A DNA stretch of 64,000 nucleotides. Origin: Chloroflexia bacterium (GTDB taxonomy: Bacteria > Chloroflexota > Chloroflexia > Chloroheliales > Chloroheliaceae). This document shows, one piece after another, positions 9,798-19,944 of this stretch. The DNA is taken from the NCBI GenBank assembly GCA_038207495.1, contig JBBQZS010000012.1:41699-105698 (forward strand). Direction: 5' to 3'. The notes under the pieces are model-generated. The model ran no database searches. It was not told the DNA's origin and worked only from the letters and a program-made list of their open reading frames with translations. Each line of letters begins with the position of its first letter. Position 1 is the first letter of the stretch. Made by a program: the position numbers and the translations under genes.

Positions 9798-10640
9798 ATG
9801 TCACTCGAAGCAATGACGCGGAAGGGTCGCGGGATTATTGACCCGCTAATTACTATGATTTATTTTGTGCCGGAAGGGCCGGAACACTACACCAAAATTG
9901 GGTTTGAATCGCCTCGCGTCTCGAGCCAGGCTTATTTTTGTACTCGCGGCGCACCCCTGGGCACATCGGCGGAGTTGGTCGCTTCCACTTTTTACAATTT
10001 TAATCCGGCAGGGGTAGTGCCGTTGGTGCATGCTGGTTGGCAAAAAACTACCCCCGAAGCCGCCATTGCCGCCCGTAATCAGGCCGTGATTGCCTCTCTT
10101 TCCCGTTTGTTAGCTGGCGAGGATAATGTTACTCTACCCAATGTTACCCGCGAAATTGAGCTGGTAAAAAAAGCTACTGACAACCTGAAATACGAGGGTC
10201 GCCCCCTGTTTACGGCGCATTACGCCCAGCCCTGGCCCGAAGAGCATCCACTATTGAGCCTGTGGTGGGGTTTGAACCTGATGCGCGAATACCGGGGCGA
10301 TGGACATATTGCCGCGCTGGTGACAGCCGAGATTTCGGGGATTGAGTCGAGCCTTATTTCTGGCCCCTGGCAAAATAACCCCAAATATACTTCCTTTATG
10401 ATAAAAAGCCGTCTCTGGTCGGAGGCCGATATTGCAGTGGCTTACGAAGGGTTGGCAGCGCGCGATATTATGAAAGACGGGGAGTTGACTACGGCAGGAC
10501 GAGCTTTGCGAGATGAGATTGAAGCCACCACCGACCGCCTCGATCTAACCCCCTGGCGCAACCTCGGCGACGACCTGGAAGAGTTCCTGACCCGCATGCA
10601 AACTCTTGGGGCAGTTCTCGCCACCCGCTACCGAAGATAG
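9798..10640 (+). CDS. SCO6745-family hypothetical protein
   Basis: IYFVPE...YFCTRGAPLG...VASTFYNFNP...W...REYRGDGHIAALV. Confidence 0.7.
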   Translation: MSLEAMTRKGRGIIDPLITMIYFVPEGPEHYTKIGFESPRVSSQAYFCTRGAPLGTSAELVASTFYNFNPAGVVPLVHAGWQKTTPEAAIAARNQAVIASLSRLLAGEDNVTLPNVTREIELVKKATDNLKYEGRPLFTAHYAQPWPEEHPLLSLWWGLNLMREYRGDGHIAALVTAEISGIESSLISGPWQNNPKYTSFMIKSRLWSEADIAVAYEGLAARDIMKDGELTTAGRALRDEIEATTDRLDLTPWRNLGDDLEEFLTRMQTLGAVLATRYRR

Positions 10641-10724
10641 AAGTTAGGCTAGTTATTGTATTCTAGGGCGTGACTCTCGCGCCCTATACAGAAAAACAAT
10701 TGCCAAGAACTGGTTCTCCAGAAA

Positions 10725-11516
10725 TTACCACAGTTTTCTGTAACTACCTCCGCCTAGAAATTCAATTATGCCCAAATCCCGAAGATATTGTAGTTGTTGG
10801 CGAATTTTTTCTTGTATATTATTATTGGCTGGGTACTTTTTTTGCAAACTACTTTCAAACGTGTACATATCTGCAAGGGTAAAGTCTTGAAAGGGAATTT
10901 GCTCAAGGCACTGAAGTATTGATAATTTCCAACCAGTCAAAGCCTGCAGAATAGGATCGATTCCACCTACAAAACTATCTGAAATTTCATTTGTATCTAT
11001 TTCTATTTTGGAAAATTTAACGGTAATTTCCCTAGGAGTCGCCTCAAGAATTTTGCTAACTTCTTCTATTTTGGCTGCCGTAATTACCCCAGTTGATAAA
11101 TCATTATAGACATCTTCAAAATCCTTAATAACATCTTGCACAAAAGTAGGCTCAGTTACAAAAACTCCGTATTCATGATTGTGTTTTAAGCCATTCCAGG
11201 TGAGATTTCCCGAAGTTATAATTGCCTTCGAGTCATCGAATATATAAATTTTTGAATGTAAGCGTGGTAAATTTCGTACTGTTCCTTTATTGTTAAGTAT
11301 AGCGGTTAATGCCGATAAATCGGAAACTCCAGAATAGAAATGTTGAGATTTGAAGCTGTTCAAATATTTGATAGAAACTTTGTGGGATTTTTTCTCGATT
11401 AAACGACTAGTAACCCCTTCCTTTATAAAAGGGCTGGCGATTCGGATTACCTGATTGCTTTGTTTTACACAATCAAAAAATAACTCATCCCAGGGGCTTA
11501 TAATTTTTGTGAACAA
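10725..11516 (-). CDS. phospholipase D (HKD) nuclease fused to DpnI-type winged-helix domain; candidate modification-dependent restriction endonuclease
   Basis: RLHSKIYIFD (HxKxxxxD)...ITSGNLT...NHEYG; C-terminal FTLADMYTFE..L..KYP.NNNIQEKIRQQLQYLRDLGIIEFLGGGSYR matches the DpnI C-terminal wH; AT-rich. Confidence 0.75.
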   Translation of the reverse strand: MFTKIISPWDELFFDCVKQSNQVIRIASPFIKEGVTSRLIEKKSHKVSIKYLNSFKSQHFYSGVSDLSALTAILNNKGTVRNLPRLHSKIYIFDDSKAIITSGNLTWNGLKHNHEYGVFVTEPTFVQDVIKDFEDVYNDLSTGVITAAKIEEVSKILEATPREITVKFSKIEIDTNEISDSFVGGIDPILQALTGWKLSILQCLEQIPFQDFTLADMYTFESSLQKKYPANNNIQEKIRQQLQYLRDLGIIEFLGGGSYRKLW

Positions 11517-11768
11517 TTGAGTTCATTCTCCATAGAAATTTTTAGGGTAAATTAAAGTATAAAGCCTCAATAAAATATTTACTTTTGGTAATTCTCCAGA
11601 TTTCTTACAGTCCCACAAAATTGCAGATAGATTTTATTATAGCATTTTTTACCTTGCCCAAATCCCCAACTCGTGATAGTATATACAGGTAAGCAATTAT
11701 AGATGGGTATTAGGTATTTTGCTAACACCTAAAACCTGAAAGCTGACTTGAAGAGGGTTAGGGTAAGA

Positions 11769-13514
11769 ATGAAAATTCCGTTACGGCAATATTGGAAATT
11801 GCTGGTAAATTATTTGAAGCCGCAAAAAGGCCGGGTATTTTTACTCGGCTTACTTTTGTTTAGCAACCTGGGCTTGCAACTTCTCAATCCCCAGATTGTC
11901 CGGCAGTTTATAGATCGGGCGGTGGCGGGTGACGGAGTGGACAAGCTCTTGCCAATAGCCGGAATATTTATCGGGCTGGCTCTGGTAGTACAGATTTTAG
12001 GGGTGCTGGCGACCTACATCAGCGAGAACGTGGGCCTGACCGCCACCAATGCCCTGCGCCTGGATTTAGCCAAACATTGTCTAAGTCTGGATTTGCCCTT
12101 TCACAACGAACATACACCGGGGGAGCTTATCGAACGGATTGAGGGCGATATCACGGCGATGGCGGCCTTCTTTTCCCAATTTGTAATTCAGGTATTGGGA
12201 AATTTCCTACTGCTAATAGGAATACTAATCGTGTTATGGGGTGAGGATTGGCGCATTGGGCTGGCTCTCACCCTTTTTGCGGCCTTTGCTATTTTTGCTA
12301 TCAACAAAACGCGTGATTTGGCGGTGGGGCCGATGGCAAAGGAAAGTAAAGCGCGAGCGGGGCTATTCAGCTTTATCGAGGAACGATTGGGCGGCACCGA
12401 GGATATTCGGGCGAGTGGGGCGCGGCCCCATGTGATGGGTGGTTTGCACAAAGCCTTACGGGAGGTGTTTCGGCAGGGGCGCAAGTCGGGGATTTATCTC
12501 TCGGTAATTTGGACGATTAGCAACGGCCTCTTTTTAGCCAGCAATTTGCTGGTGTTTGGGGTAGGAGCCTGGCTATTTAGTAGTGGGGCGGTAACGCTGG
12601 GCACGGTTTACCTGGTTTATCAGTATACCGATATGCTGCGTTCCCCCCTGGAGCAAATGAGCCGCCAGATTCAGGATTTGCAGAAGGCGGGGGCGGGAAT
12701 TAGCCGGGTGCAGGAATTATATTTTACCCAGCCCCAGATTTCGGATGGCCCTGGCAAACCCATACCGAGTGGTGCGCTTTCGGTAGAATTTGATGAGGTT
12801 TCCTTCAGCTATAACGAGCTGGATAATGTGTTGAAGGAGTTGAATTTTCGGCTGGAACCGGGCAAGGTGCTAGGGTTATTGGGGCGAACCGGGAGCGGCA
12901 AGACTTCTACCACCCGCTTGCTTTTTCGGCTCTATGATGTCAGCGCAGGGGCAATTCGCCTCGGTGGGGTAGATATTCGGGAGGCTAAATTGGCGGATTT
13001 GCGCCAACGAGTGGCGATGGTGACGCAGGAAGTCCAGATTTTCCACGCCAGTGTCCGTGATAACCTAACCCTCTTTAACCCAGCAATTAAGAATGCGCGG
13101 ATTTTGGAGGTTATCTACGAATTGGGGCTGGGCGATTGGTTTGATCGTTTGCCGAATGGTCTGGATACCGAGTTAAAGTCGCATGGGACAGGGCTTTCGG
13201 CGGGTGAGGCTCAATTATTGGCTTTTGCGCGGGTGTTCCTGGAAGAACCGGGCCTGGTTATTATGGATGAGGCCAGTTCGCGGCTAGACCCTGCCACCGA
13301 GCGCAAGTTAGAGGAGGCGGTGGATAAATTGCTGGAAAATCGCACCGGGATTATTATCGCCCATCGCCTCGCCACCGTCCAACGCGCCGACGATATTATT
13401 ATTCTGGAAAACGGGCGAGTGCTTGAATATGGCCCGCGTGCCGAGTTGGCCCGTGACCCCGACTCCCGTTTCTACCAACTCCTTCAAACCGGCCTGGAAG
13501 AAGCCCTTGCTTGA
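11769..13514 (+). CDS. ABC exporter, fused TMD-NBD subunit A
   Basis: Walker A GRTGSGKT, signature LSAGEAQ, Walker B VIMDEA; N-terminal TM helices; likely ATG at 11769. Confidence 0.9.
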   Translation: MKIPLRQYWKLLVNYLKPQKGRVFLLGLLLFSNLGLQLLNPQIVRQFIDRAVAGDGVDKLLPIAGIFIGLALVVQILGVLATYISENVGLTATNALRLDLAKHCLSLDLPFHNEHTPGELIERIEGDITAMAAFFSQFVIQVLGNFLLLIGILIVLWGEDWRIGLALTLFAAFAIFAINKTRDLAVGPMAKESKARAGLFSFIEERLGGTEDIRASGARPHVMGGLHKALREVFRQGRKSGIYLSVIWTISNGLFLASNLLVFGVGAWLFSSGAVTLGTVYLVYQYTDMLRSPLEQMSRQIQDLQKAGAGISRVQELYFTQPQISDGPGKPIPSGALSVEFDEVSFSYNELDNVLKELNFRLEPGKVLGLLGRTGSGKTSTTRLLFRLYDVSAGAIRLGGVDIREAKLADLRQRVAMVTQEVQIFHASVRDNLTLFNPAIKNARILEVIYELGLGDWFDRLPNGLDTELKSHGTGLSAGEAQLLAFARVFLEEPGLVIMDEASSRLDPATERKLEEAVDKLLENRTGIIIAHRLATVQRADDIIILENGRVLEYGPRAELARDPDSRFYQLLQTGLEEALA

Positions 13515-13594
13515 AGCAGGGGTTGGGGGATTGGGAAATCATAATAGTGACTTTCGACTTTTGACCGATAACCAGGAACTAATAACTAATAACT

Positions 13595-15388
13595 ATGAAT
13601 AAAAACCGACAACCGACAACCGACAACTCCGAACTGACCACCCGGCAGTTTATTTTTAGGATGATTACCTACCGACCCTGGCTATTTCTGGCTAACTGTG
13701 TGGCCTGGACTTTGGTGCATAGTTTGCCGCTAGGGGTCGGGCTGGCAGCGCAATGGTTCTTTGACGAACTAAGCCACTCCGCCCCGGCCCAACTTAACCT
13801 GTGGGGAGTATTCGTGCTGCTGATTGGGGTGGAGTTATCTCGAATTGGGATAATCTTCGGAGGTGAGTTTATCTGGCGAACGTATTATATGTCGCTGGAA
13901 GCCCTGTTGCGGCGCAATTTGTTGGCGGCTTTGCTCGAAAGGCCAGGGGCAGCAACCCTGCCCGACTCACCGGGCGAGGCAATTAACCACTTCCGTGAGG
14001 ATGTGCAGGAGGCGGTGCGCTTTCTGGAGAATTTTGTGGATGGTGGGGGTTTTGTGCTTTATATGGGTATCGGGCTGGGGGTAATGTTCAGTATTAGCCC
14101 GCTGATTACCCTGATTTTGTGCGTGCCATTATTGGTAATATTTTTCCTGACCCGGCTACTAAGTTCAAAAATCCGCATCTATCGCCGTCGTAACCGTACG
14201 GCTACCGGGCATATCACCGATTTTATCGGCGAGATGTTTGGGGCAGTGCAGACCGTCAAGGTGGCTTCTGCCGAGGAGCATACCATCCGCCATTTTGCGC
14301 GGCTGAATGAGGTACGCCGCAAGGCCGCTCTGAGAGATAGCCTGCTGACCGAAATTCAGAAGTCGCTGACCCAGAACGTGACCAGCCTGAGTACCGGGCT
14401 AGTGCTGCTGCTTTCGGCGGGGGCGATTGAGGGTGGCACTTTTACGATTGGCGATTTTGCCCTGTTTGTGGCTTTCTTGCCACGCATCAGTAATAGCCTG
14501 ACTTTTATCGGGGGCTGGATTATTCAATATCGGCGAGCGGGGGTTTCGTTCGAGCGCATGCGTGAGTTGTTGCAGGATATTCCCTCCCAAAAACTGGTGG
14601 AGCATGCCCCGCTTTATCTTTATTCCGACCCGCCGCCAATTGAGACCCCCCTTAAAACTACCGCTGACCGCCTGGAACGGTTAGAGGTTCGCAACCTGAC
14701 CTACCACTACCCCGGCACAGAGCGGGGTATAGAGAATGTGAACTTGCGACTAGAACGGGGCTCGTTTTTGGTGATTACCGGGCGGGTGGGGTCGGGCAAA
14801 ACTACCCTGTTACGGGCTTTGTTGGGCCTCTTGCCAAAGGAGTCTGGTGAAATTCGTTGGAACGGGCAATTAATAGCGCAACCCGCCGAATTTTTAGTGC
14901 CGCCCCGTACTGCATATACGGGGCAGGTGCCGCGCCTGTTCAGCGAGAGTCTACGCGATAATATTCTGATGGGTCTGCCGAATGATTCGGTGAGGTTAGA
15001 GGCCGCCATCCAGCACAGCGTTTTAGAGCGGGACATAACCGAGCTTGAGGCCGGGCTAGAAACGCTGGTAGGGCCACGCGGGGTTAAACTTTCGGGTGGG
15101 CAGATTCAGCGTGGCGCAGCGGCCCGCATGTTCGTGCGCCAGGCGGAGTTGCTGGTGTTTGACGACCTTTCCAGCGCGCTGGACGTGGAAACGGAACAGC
15201 AACTCTGGGCGCGCATTTTTGCCGACCAGGATTCGGCGGCCTGTCTGGTGGTCTCGCACCGTCGCCCCGCTTTGCAACGAGCCGACCATATTATCGTGTT
15301 GAAGGACGGACGGGTTGAGGCCGAGGGTAGCCTTTCCGAACTTCTTGCCACCTCCACCGAGATGCGCTTCCTCTGGAATCTGGGTTAG
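13595..15388 (+). CDS. ABC exporter, fused TMD-NBD subunit B (heterodimer partner)
   Basis: [19 protein letters not shown]; tandem with the previous gene. Confidence 0.9.
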   Translation: MNKNRQPTTDNSELTTRQFIFRMITYRPWLFLANCVAWTLVHSLPLGVGLAAQWFFDELSHSAPAQLNLWGVFVLLIGVELSRIGIIFGGEFIWRTYYMSLEALLRRNLLAALLERPGAATLPDSPGEAINHFREDVQEAVRFLENFVDGGGFVLYMGIGLGVMFSISPLITLILCVPLLVIFFLTRLLSSKIRIYRRRNRTATGHITDFIGEMFGAVQTVKVASAEEHTIRHFARLNEVRRKAALRDSLLTEIQKSLTQNVTSLSTGLVLLLSAGAIEGGTFTIGDFALFVAFLPRISNSLTFIGGWIIQYRRAGVSFERMRELLQDIPSQKLVEHAPLYLYSDPPPIETPLKTTADRLERLEVRNLTYHYPGTERGIENVNLRLERGSFLVITGRVGSGKTTLLRALLGLLPKESGEIRWNGQLIAQPAEFLVPPRTAYTGQVPRLFSESLRDNILMGLPNDSVRLEAAIQHSVLERDITELEAGLETLVGPRGVKLSGGQIQRGAAARMFVRQAELLVFDDLSSALDVETEQQLWARIFADQDSAACLVVSHRRPALQRADHIIVLKDGRVEAEGSLSELLATSTEMRFLWNLG

Positions 15389-15635
15389 TCTTGATTTTCA
15401 AATAAAATACTCCTGGTAAAGGGTAAACAGAGCGAAGCCTCCCCTTTGGGGACAAGGTTTGCCTATACAAATCCACCTCTCGCCTGAAAATTGTAACATG
15501 TAGAAACCAACCTTCAACCAGTTCATCAACATTAGGGTGAACTGGTTTATATATTCCGAATATACCAATTGAGTAAAATAGAGTCATATTTATGAGATAA
15601 CTTTCTGGTTCGAGCCGTTAGTAGAAAGCAAAACT

Positions 15636-16082
15636 ATGACTCCAGAGCAAATAAGTCTGGTGCAGCGCACCTTTGAAAATATCAAGCCAGTATCCGACCT
15701 TGCTGCCGGGCTGTTTTATACCCGTCTTTTTTGGTTACAACCTTCATTAAAGAATTTATTTAATCTTGACCCCGCGACCCAACGGCGCAAATTTATCCAA
15801 ATGGTCGAAGCGATAGTATGCAGTCTGGATTACCCTGGTCAGTTTATGGTGATTTTAAGCAAATTGGGGGAGCAACACGCAGCCTTCGGCTTGACTTCAG
15901 AGTATTTTGAGCTAGCAGAAGAAGCCTTGTTGTGGATGTTGGAACGCTGCTTGCGCGAAGAGTATACCGAAGAAATCGAAACTGCCTGGAAGGAAGTTTA
16001 TCAGGTTAGCGTTAATATTATGCAAAAAAGTAATGCCCCTATTTCCGGGACAGCCGAGATGAGCCTCTTAAAGTTTATCTAA
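15636..16082 (+). CDS. single-domain globin
   Basis: LVQRTF...FYTRLFWLQPSLKNLF...QRRKF...LGEQHAAFG (proximal His)...AWKEVY. Confidence 0.8.
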   Translation: MTPEQISLVQRTFENIKPVSDLAAGLFYTRLFWLQPSLKNLFNLDPATQRRKFIQMVEAIVCSLDYPGQFMVILSKLGEQHAAFGLTSEYFELAEEALLWMLERCLREEYTEEIETAWKEVYQVSVNIMQKSNAPISGTAEMSLLKFI

Positions 16083-16287
16083 CGGTTGACGGTTGTCGGT
16101 GGGAATTCGTAGGGATAGACTTCTGTGTCTATCCTTTTTTATTCTTGCTCCTTGCTCCTTAATTCTAAATTCTAACCCCATTTTGAGCTCATGCAACCAT
16201 TTTCAAGGCCGTGCGTTATATAGCATGAGGTTGAATATCAGCGCTGGAATAACCTCCGATTACTTACAAGGATAACGGAGGATATCA

Positions 16288-17775
16288 ATGAAAAATCAAA
16301 AATTAGGCAGAAAGTCTGGCTGGTTTGGACGGTTTGCTATGGCCGTCCTCGTATTATTTATGCCGTTGCTGGTGGTTGTGCCTGGTTCGGCTCTGGCGGG
16401 GCCCTACACTGACCCTAACGTTGACAAGACCTGGGAACGCACCGATTTATCAGTAGCTACTGGGCAAATCGCGCGTTCGTGGCTATGGGGGCCAAATACT
16501 TTTTACGCTGGATTTGAGGATTACACCGGGGCTTCGGGTGGCTATGGCCAGCCTGTGGGCAATCGGCTCGTTTTTTACTTCGATAAGTCGCGCATGGAGA
16601 TTAATAATCTCAATGGCGACCGCCTGAGCAAGTGGTTTATCACCAACGGCTTGCTGGTTAAAGAGCTGATTAGTGGTAAGCGGGCTACGGGCGATTTCAC
16701 TTCTACCCCTTATCTTCCAGCCTCCCAGATTCCGGTGGCGGGAGATGAAGACCCGAGTGCCCAGGATGCCGCTCCGAGCTATGCGGCCTTCTATAGTGTA
16801 ACTTCCTTTGCACCCGGTCAGAACGCTTCCCCCGACCGCACCGGACAGTGGGCAACTCTGACTCTAGACAAAGCGGGTAACGCCGGGAACGACTTATCTC
16901 GCACTGGTCAGGTCAAGCTTGCCAATTATGACCCGGTTTTCGGACACAATATCCCCCAACCGTTCTGGGATTTTATGAACAAGCAGGGGAAGGTCTACGA
17001 GAATGGTAAGCTGGTGGATGGCCCGGTAGTGGATTGGGCTTACAGTATGGGTTACCCGATTGCGGAAGCTTACTGGACGCGGGCGATGGTGGCGGGTGTG
17101 TCCCGTGATGTACTGGTGCAACCTTTCGAGCGGCGCGTTTTGACCTACACCCCCGGCAATCCGGCGGGCTGGGAAGTCGAGATGGGCAATGTGGGCCGTC
17201 ACTATTACAAATGGCGTTACCAGACTCCTTTGCCGGTTTGCGATTCTACTCCGGTGCGCGGCTTTGGTAAAGTTTGGGCTAATAATCCCTCAGTACAGGT
17301 GCGTTTGGGCTGTGCCTACGCCTGGACTAATGGCGAATTGGCAACCAATACTGCGGTCCAAAATTTTGAACACGGCAAGATGATCTGGAATGACACCAGC
17401 CCTTCACCGCAGTTCTATCCTTATAACGGCTGGCAAAAGACGGTGTACGTTCTGTTTGACGATGGGACTTATGCCCAATTCCAGGACACCTGGGATGGCA
17501 GTCAACCTGTCAATAGCAGCTTGACTCCGCCAACGGGCCTCTATGAGCCTAGCCGGGGCTTTGGGAAGGTCTGGCGAGATGCTACCGGGGCTAAGGTACG
17601 GGAACGCCTGGGCTGGGCCACTGAGCCTATCGAGCGGGGCGGCAAGGGCGCAATTCAGGGTTTCTGGAATGGTCAGATGGTCTGGATTGAAGCCAGTAAC
17701 GAGGTTATGGTGAACTATCGTTACTATAATCAGAATAATATTTACGAGATTTACAAGGACGATTTCAAGTCCTGA
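16288..17775 (+). CDS. secreted protein with Chloroflexota-type extracellular domain and two RGFGKVW repeats
   Basis: Signal peptide ending ALA; WERTD...RSWLWGP...YFDKSRMEIN...TNGLLVKELISG...QPFERRVLTYTP...VEMGNVGRHYY; RGFGKVW occurs twice. Confidence 0.7.
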   Translation: MKNQKLGRKSGWFGRFAMAVLVLFMPLLVVVPGSALAGPYTDPNVDKTWERTDLSVATGQIARSWLWGPNTFYAGFEDYTGASGGYGQPVGNRLVFYFDKSRMEINNLNGDRLSKWFITNGLLVKELISGKRATGDFTSTPYLPASQIPVAGDEDPSAQDAAPSYAAFYSVTSFAPGQNASPDRTGQWATLTLDKAGNAGNDLSRTGQVKLANYDPVFGHNIPQPFWDFMNKQGKVYENGKLVDGPVVDWAYSMGYPIAEAYWTRAMVAGVSRDVLVQPFERRVLTYTPGNPAGWEVEMGNVGRHYYKWRYQTPLPVCDSTPVRGFGKVWANNPSVQVRLGCAYAWTNGELATNTAVQNFEHGKMIWNDTSPSPQFYPYNGWQKTVYVLFDDGTYAQFQDTWDGSQPVNSSLTPPTGLYEPSRGFGKVWRDATGAKVRERLGWATEPIERGGKGAIQGFWNGQMVWIEASNEVMVNYRYYNQNNIYEIYKDDFKS

Positions 17776-17951
17776 CCTAACCCCTCAGCCCCCTTCCTAT
17801 AAAGGGAGGGGGAATCTATAAGTCATTATCTTCTATTCCTTATATCAGGATAACGCCAGGGGTCTGCCTCTTACCAGATCCCTTTATTTTTTTATAGCTA
17901 TCAGCCGTCAGCTTTTAGGTATAAGTCACTGTGTCGGGTATTTTTGAATTG

Positions 17952-18069
17952 GTAAGCGTTCACCACAATTGTCACCCTGAGCTTGCGAAGGGTCTTGTTT
18001 AAAACATTGAGATTCTTCGCTTACGCTTACACCCCATAAAGGGGCGTGACAGGTTTCGTGAACAGTTAC
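17952..18069 (+). mobile_element. 118-bp MITE-like element with imperfect TIRs and 8-bp target-site duplication
   Basis: Ends GTAAGCGTTCAC / GTGAACAGTTAC (10/12 complementary); TTGAATTG directly repeated at 17944-17951 and 18070-18077. Confidence 0.75.
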
Positions 18070-18226
18070 TTGAATTGAACTAATAAGACACTAGGACACC
18101 AATATTTAAAGTTTTCTCTGTGTTCTTTGTGCCTCTGGGTTAAATAATCTTAGCAACGGTTCTTGGATGAAGGAGCATCCACCTACATGTTTCTCCCAAC
18201 CTCCGACTCCTATCCCTTGACCCCTA

Positions 18227-18347
18227 CCCTACAACATGTAGAGGTTTATACACATCATACCCCAATATGTGGATAAAATGTAGCACATAACCCTTGACAA
18301 CCACTAGGGATTGTGCTAGAATTTCCCCACAACTACAAGATTTAGTA
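18227..18347 (+). promoter_or_regulatory. sigma70 promoter with three NrdR-box-like operators upstream of nrdR
   Basis: TTGACA 18294-18299, 17 bp, (TGc)TAGAAT 18317-18322; boxes CCCTACAACATGTAGAGG (18227), ATACCCCAATATGTGGAT (18257), AACTACAAGATTTAGTA (18331). Confidence 0.7.
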
Positions 18348-18458
18348 TGTTATGACAAGTATTCACTTGGATAAGCACTAAATCAGCTCGCTGACGTGAG
18401 CGCCTTCAGATGTGGGGGTACGAGAAAAATTGGATAGTGGGAGAGAGCGCACTGCCTA

Positions 18459-18980
18459 GTGAAGTGTCCTTATTGCCATCAAAACGATAGTAAGGTTATA
18501 GATTCACGAGACTTACGTGGGGGTGAGAATATCCGCCGCCGCCGTGAGTGTCTTAAATGTGGGCATCGTTTTACCACTTACGAACGGGTCGAACCGATTA
18601 ATATTCTGGTCATCAAGAAGGATGGCGTACGCGAAGAATACAATCGCCAAAAACTCAGCCGGGGCATTTTTACCGCTTTTACCAAGCGACCAATCCCCGC
18701 CTCGGAAATTGAGCAACTGGTGGATGAGGTAGAGGCGGAAGTTTTCCGCAACGGCGAACTGGAACTGAGCAGCCGCACGATTGGCGAACTGGTGATGGAA
18801 AAGCTTCGCCAGCGCGACTCAGTGGCCTATATCCGTTTCGCCAGTGTCTACCGCGAGTATGCCGACCTGGGTGAGATGTTGCGCGAAATCGAAAAACTGG
18901 CCGCATTGGAACGCCAGGAACGCGCCCGCCAGAATGGGCTTCCCCTTACCGAAGTCGCCAATTTAGACCCTACGACCTAA
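18459..18980 (+). CDS. nrdR: transcriptional repressor NrdR
   Basis: MKCPYC...VIDSR...IRRRRECLKCGHRFTTYER, ATP cone, VAYIRFASVYR. Confidence 0.97.
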   Translation: MKCPYCHQNDSKVIDSRDLRGGENIRRRRECLKCGHRFTTYERVEPINILVIKKDGVREEYNRQKLSRGIFTAFTKRPIPASEIEQLVDEVEAEVFRNGELELSSRTIGELVMEKLRQRDSVAYIRFASVYREYADLGEMLREIEKLAALERQERARQNGLPLTEVANLDPTT

Positions 18981-19131
18981 TCCCAGTTCTCCAGATGGCA
19001 GCCTTAAATATTTCATCCCAAGATTAATTTGCAGGGACTTTTTTCCAGCCCCGTGCTTTCCCGCCTGGGCTAGAGGTTTATTTCGTTTTGGGTTTTTTCT
19101 AGTTAAATTTCGAGGAGTTTCAGAATCAATT

Positions 19132-19647
19132 ATGGTAGTCAATCAAATTTCAAAAACCAAGGCCCTAGAAATACTTGATAAAAAAATTTCACATTTTCAA
19201 GAGCTTATTAGTAATGCAAATTATAACAATGATTTTAGTGGAAAATATGAGGATTCTGTAAAAAGCACTAAAAGAATATTAACTATCTTATTTCCTACCG
19301 ATTTGGAAGCCCAAAAATTTGATACTAATATATCTGAACCTCGCATTAGACGTATTGGTAGTTATATAGACCCCGAAGAAGAGTTGACAAGATATAAAAG
19401 ATGCCTCGAAAAAGGTATAAATCAACTTTCAGCATATAAGGAAGTTATCCAGGAGCTTTGGTCTGATGAAAGTAATGAAGGCGTTCTGGTAGATCGATTA
19501 ATTGTAGCCCGTGAGCACAAAGCTCGTTTAGAAGAGCAACTAGCAGCATTTGGGCCGCTCTATGCACCTGTTTATAAATTAATTGAATTGGATTCTGTTA
19601 AGGAAAAAATAAGCGAATTAGAAAAGCTCTCTATAGAAAAATGCTAA
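19132..19647 (+). CDS. AT-rich hypothetical protein inserted between nrdR and nrdJ
   Basis: 171-aa ORF with GAGGAG RBS; helical; AT-rich. Confidence 0.7.
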   Translation: MVVNQISKTKALEILDKKISHFQELISNANYNNDFSGKYEDSVKSTKRILTILFPTDLEAQKFDTNISEPRIRRIGSYIDPEEELTRYKRCLEKGINQLSAYKEVIQELWSDESNEGVLVDRLIVAREHKARLEEQLAAFGPLYAPVYKLIELDSVKEKISELEKLSIEKC

Positions 19648-19786
19648 CTGTACAGGCAAATTTTGTGCCTGTCTAGGGCGAACACAAGGTTCGCCCCTAC
19701 GGAATACCTGAAATCCGTAATATCGGAATACACAGCAACTCCAACGACCACCACACCATCAATGACGATGGAGCGCAGTAAGAAAG

Positions 19787-19878
19787 GTAAACATTCACCC
19801 TGTCATCCTGAACAAAGTGAAGGATCTTGCCCAAAATAAGTAGATTCTTCGCGTTCGCTCAGAATGACAGGTTTCGGG
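19787..19878 (+). repeat. degenerate relative of the MITE-like element
   Basis: GTAAACATTCAC..TGTCATCCTGAAC..GTGAAGGATC...AGATTCTTCGCGTTCGCTCAGAATGACAGGTTTCG. Confidence 0.6.
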
Positions 19879-19944
19879 AATGAAAAATGCAATTCTAGTA
19901 AGTATAATTTGTTGAATGTCCATCAATGAAAGGGGACTGACCTT

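Noticed and set aside
10714-11600. TTCTCCAGA direct repeat flanking the PLD-wH gene (10714-10722, 11592-11600; also at 18987)
   Set aside because: A 9-mer can recur by chance in 64 kb; without an empty-site comparison it cannot be called an att site or TSD.
19650-19944. Cobalamin riboswitch upstream of the B12-dependent nrdJ
   Set aside because: I found no B12-box consensus; the structured sequence there is explained by the REP doublet and the MITE relic. An Infernal scan would settle it.
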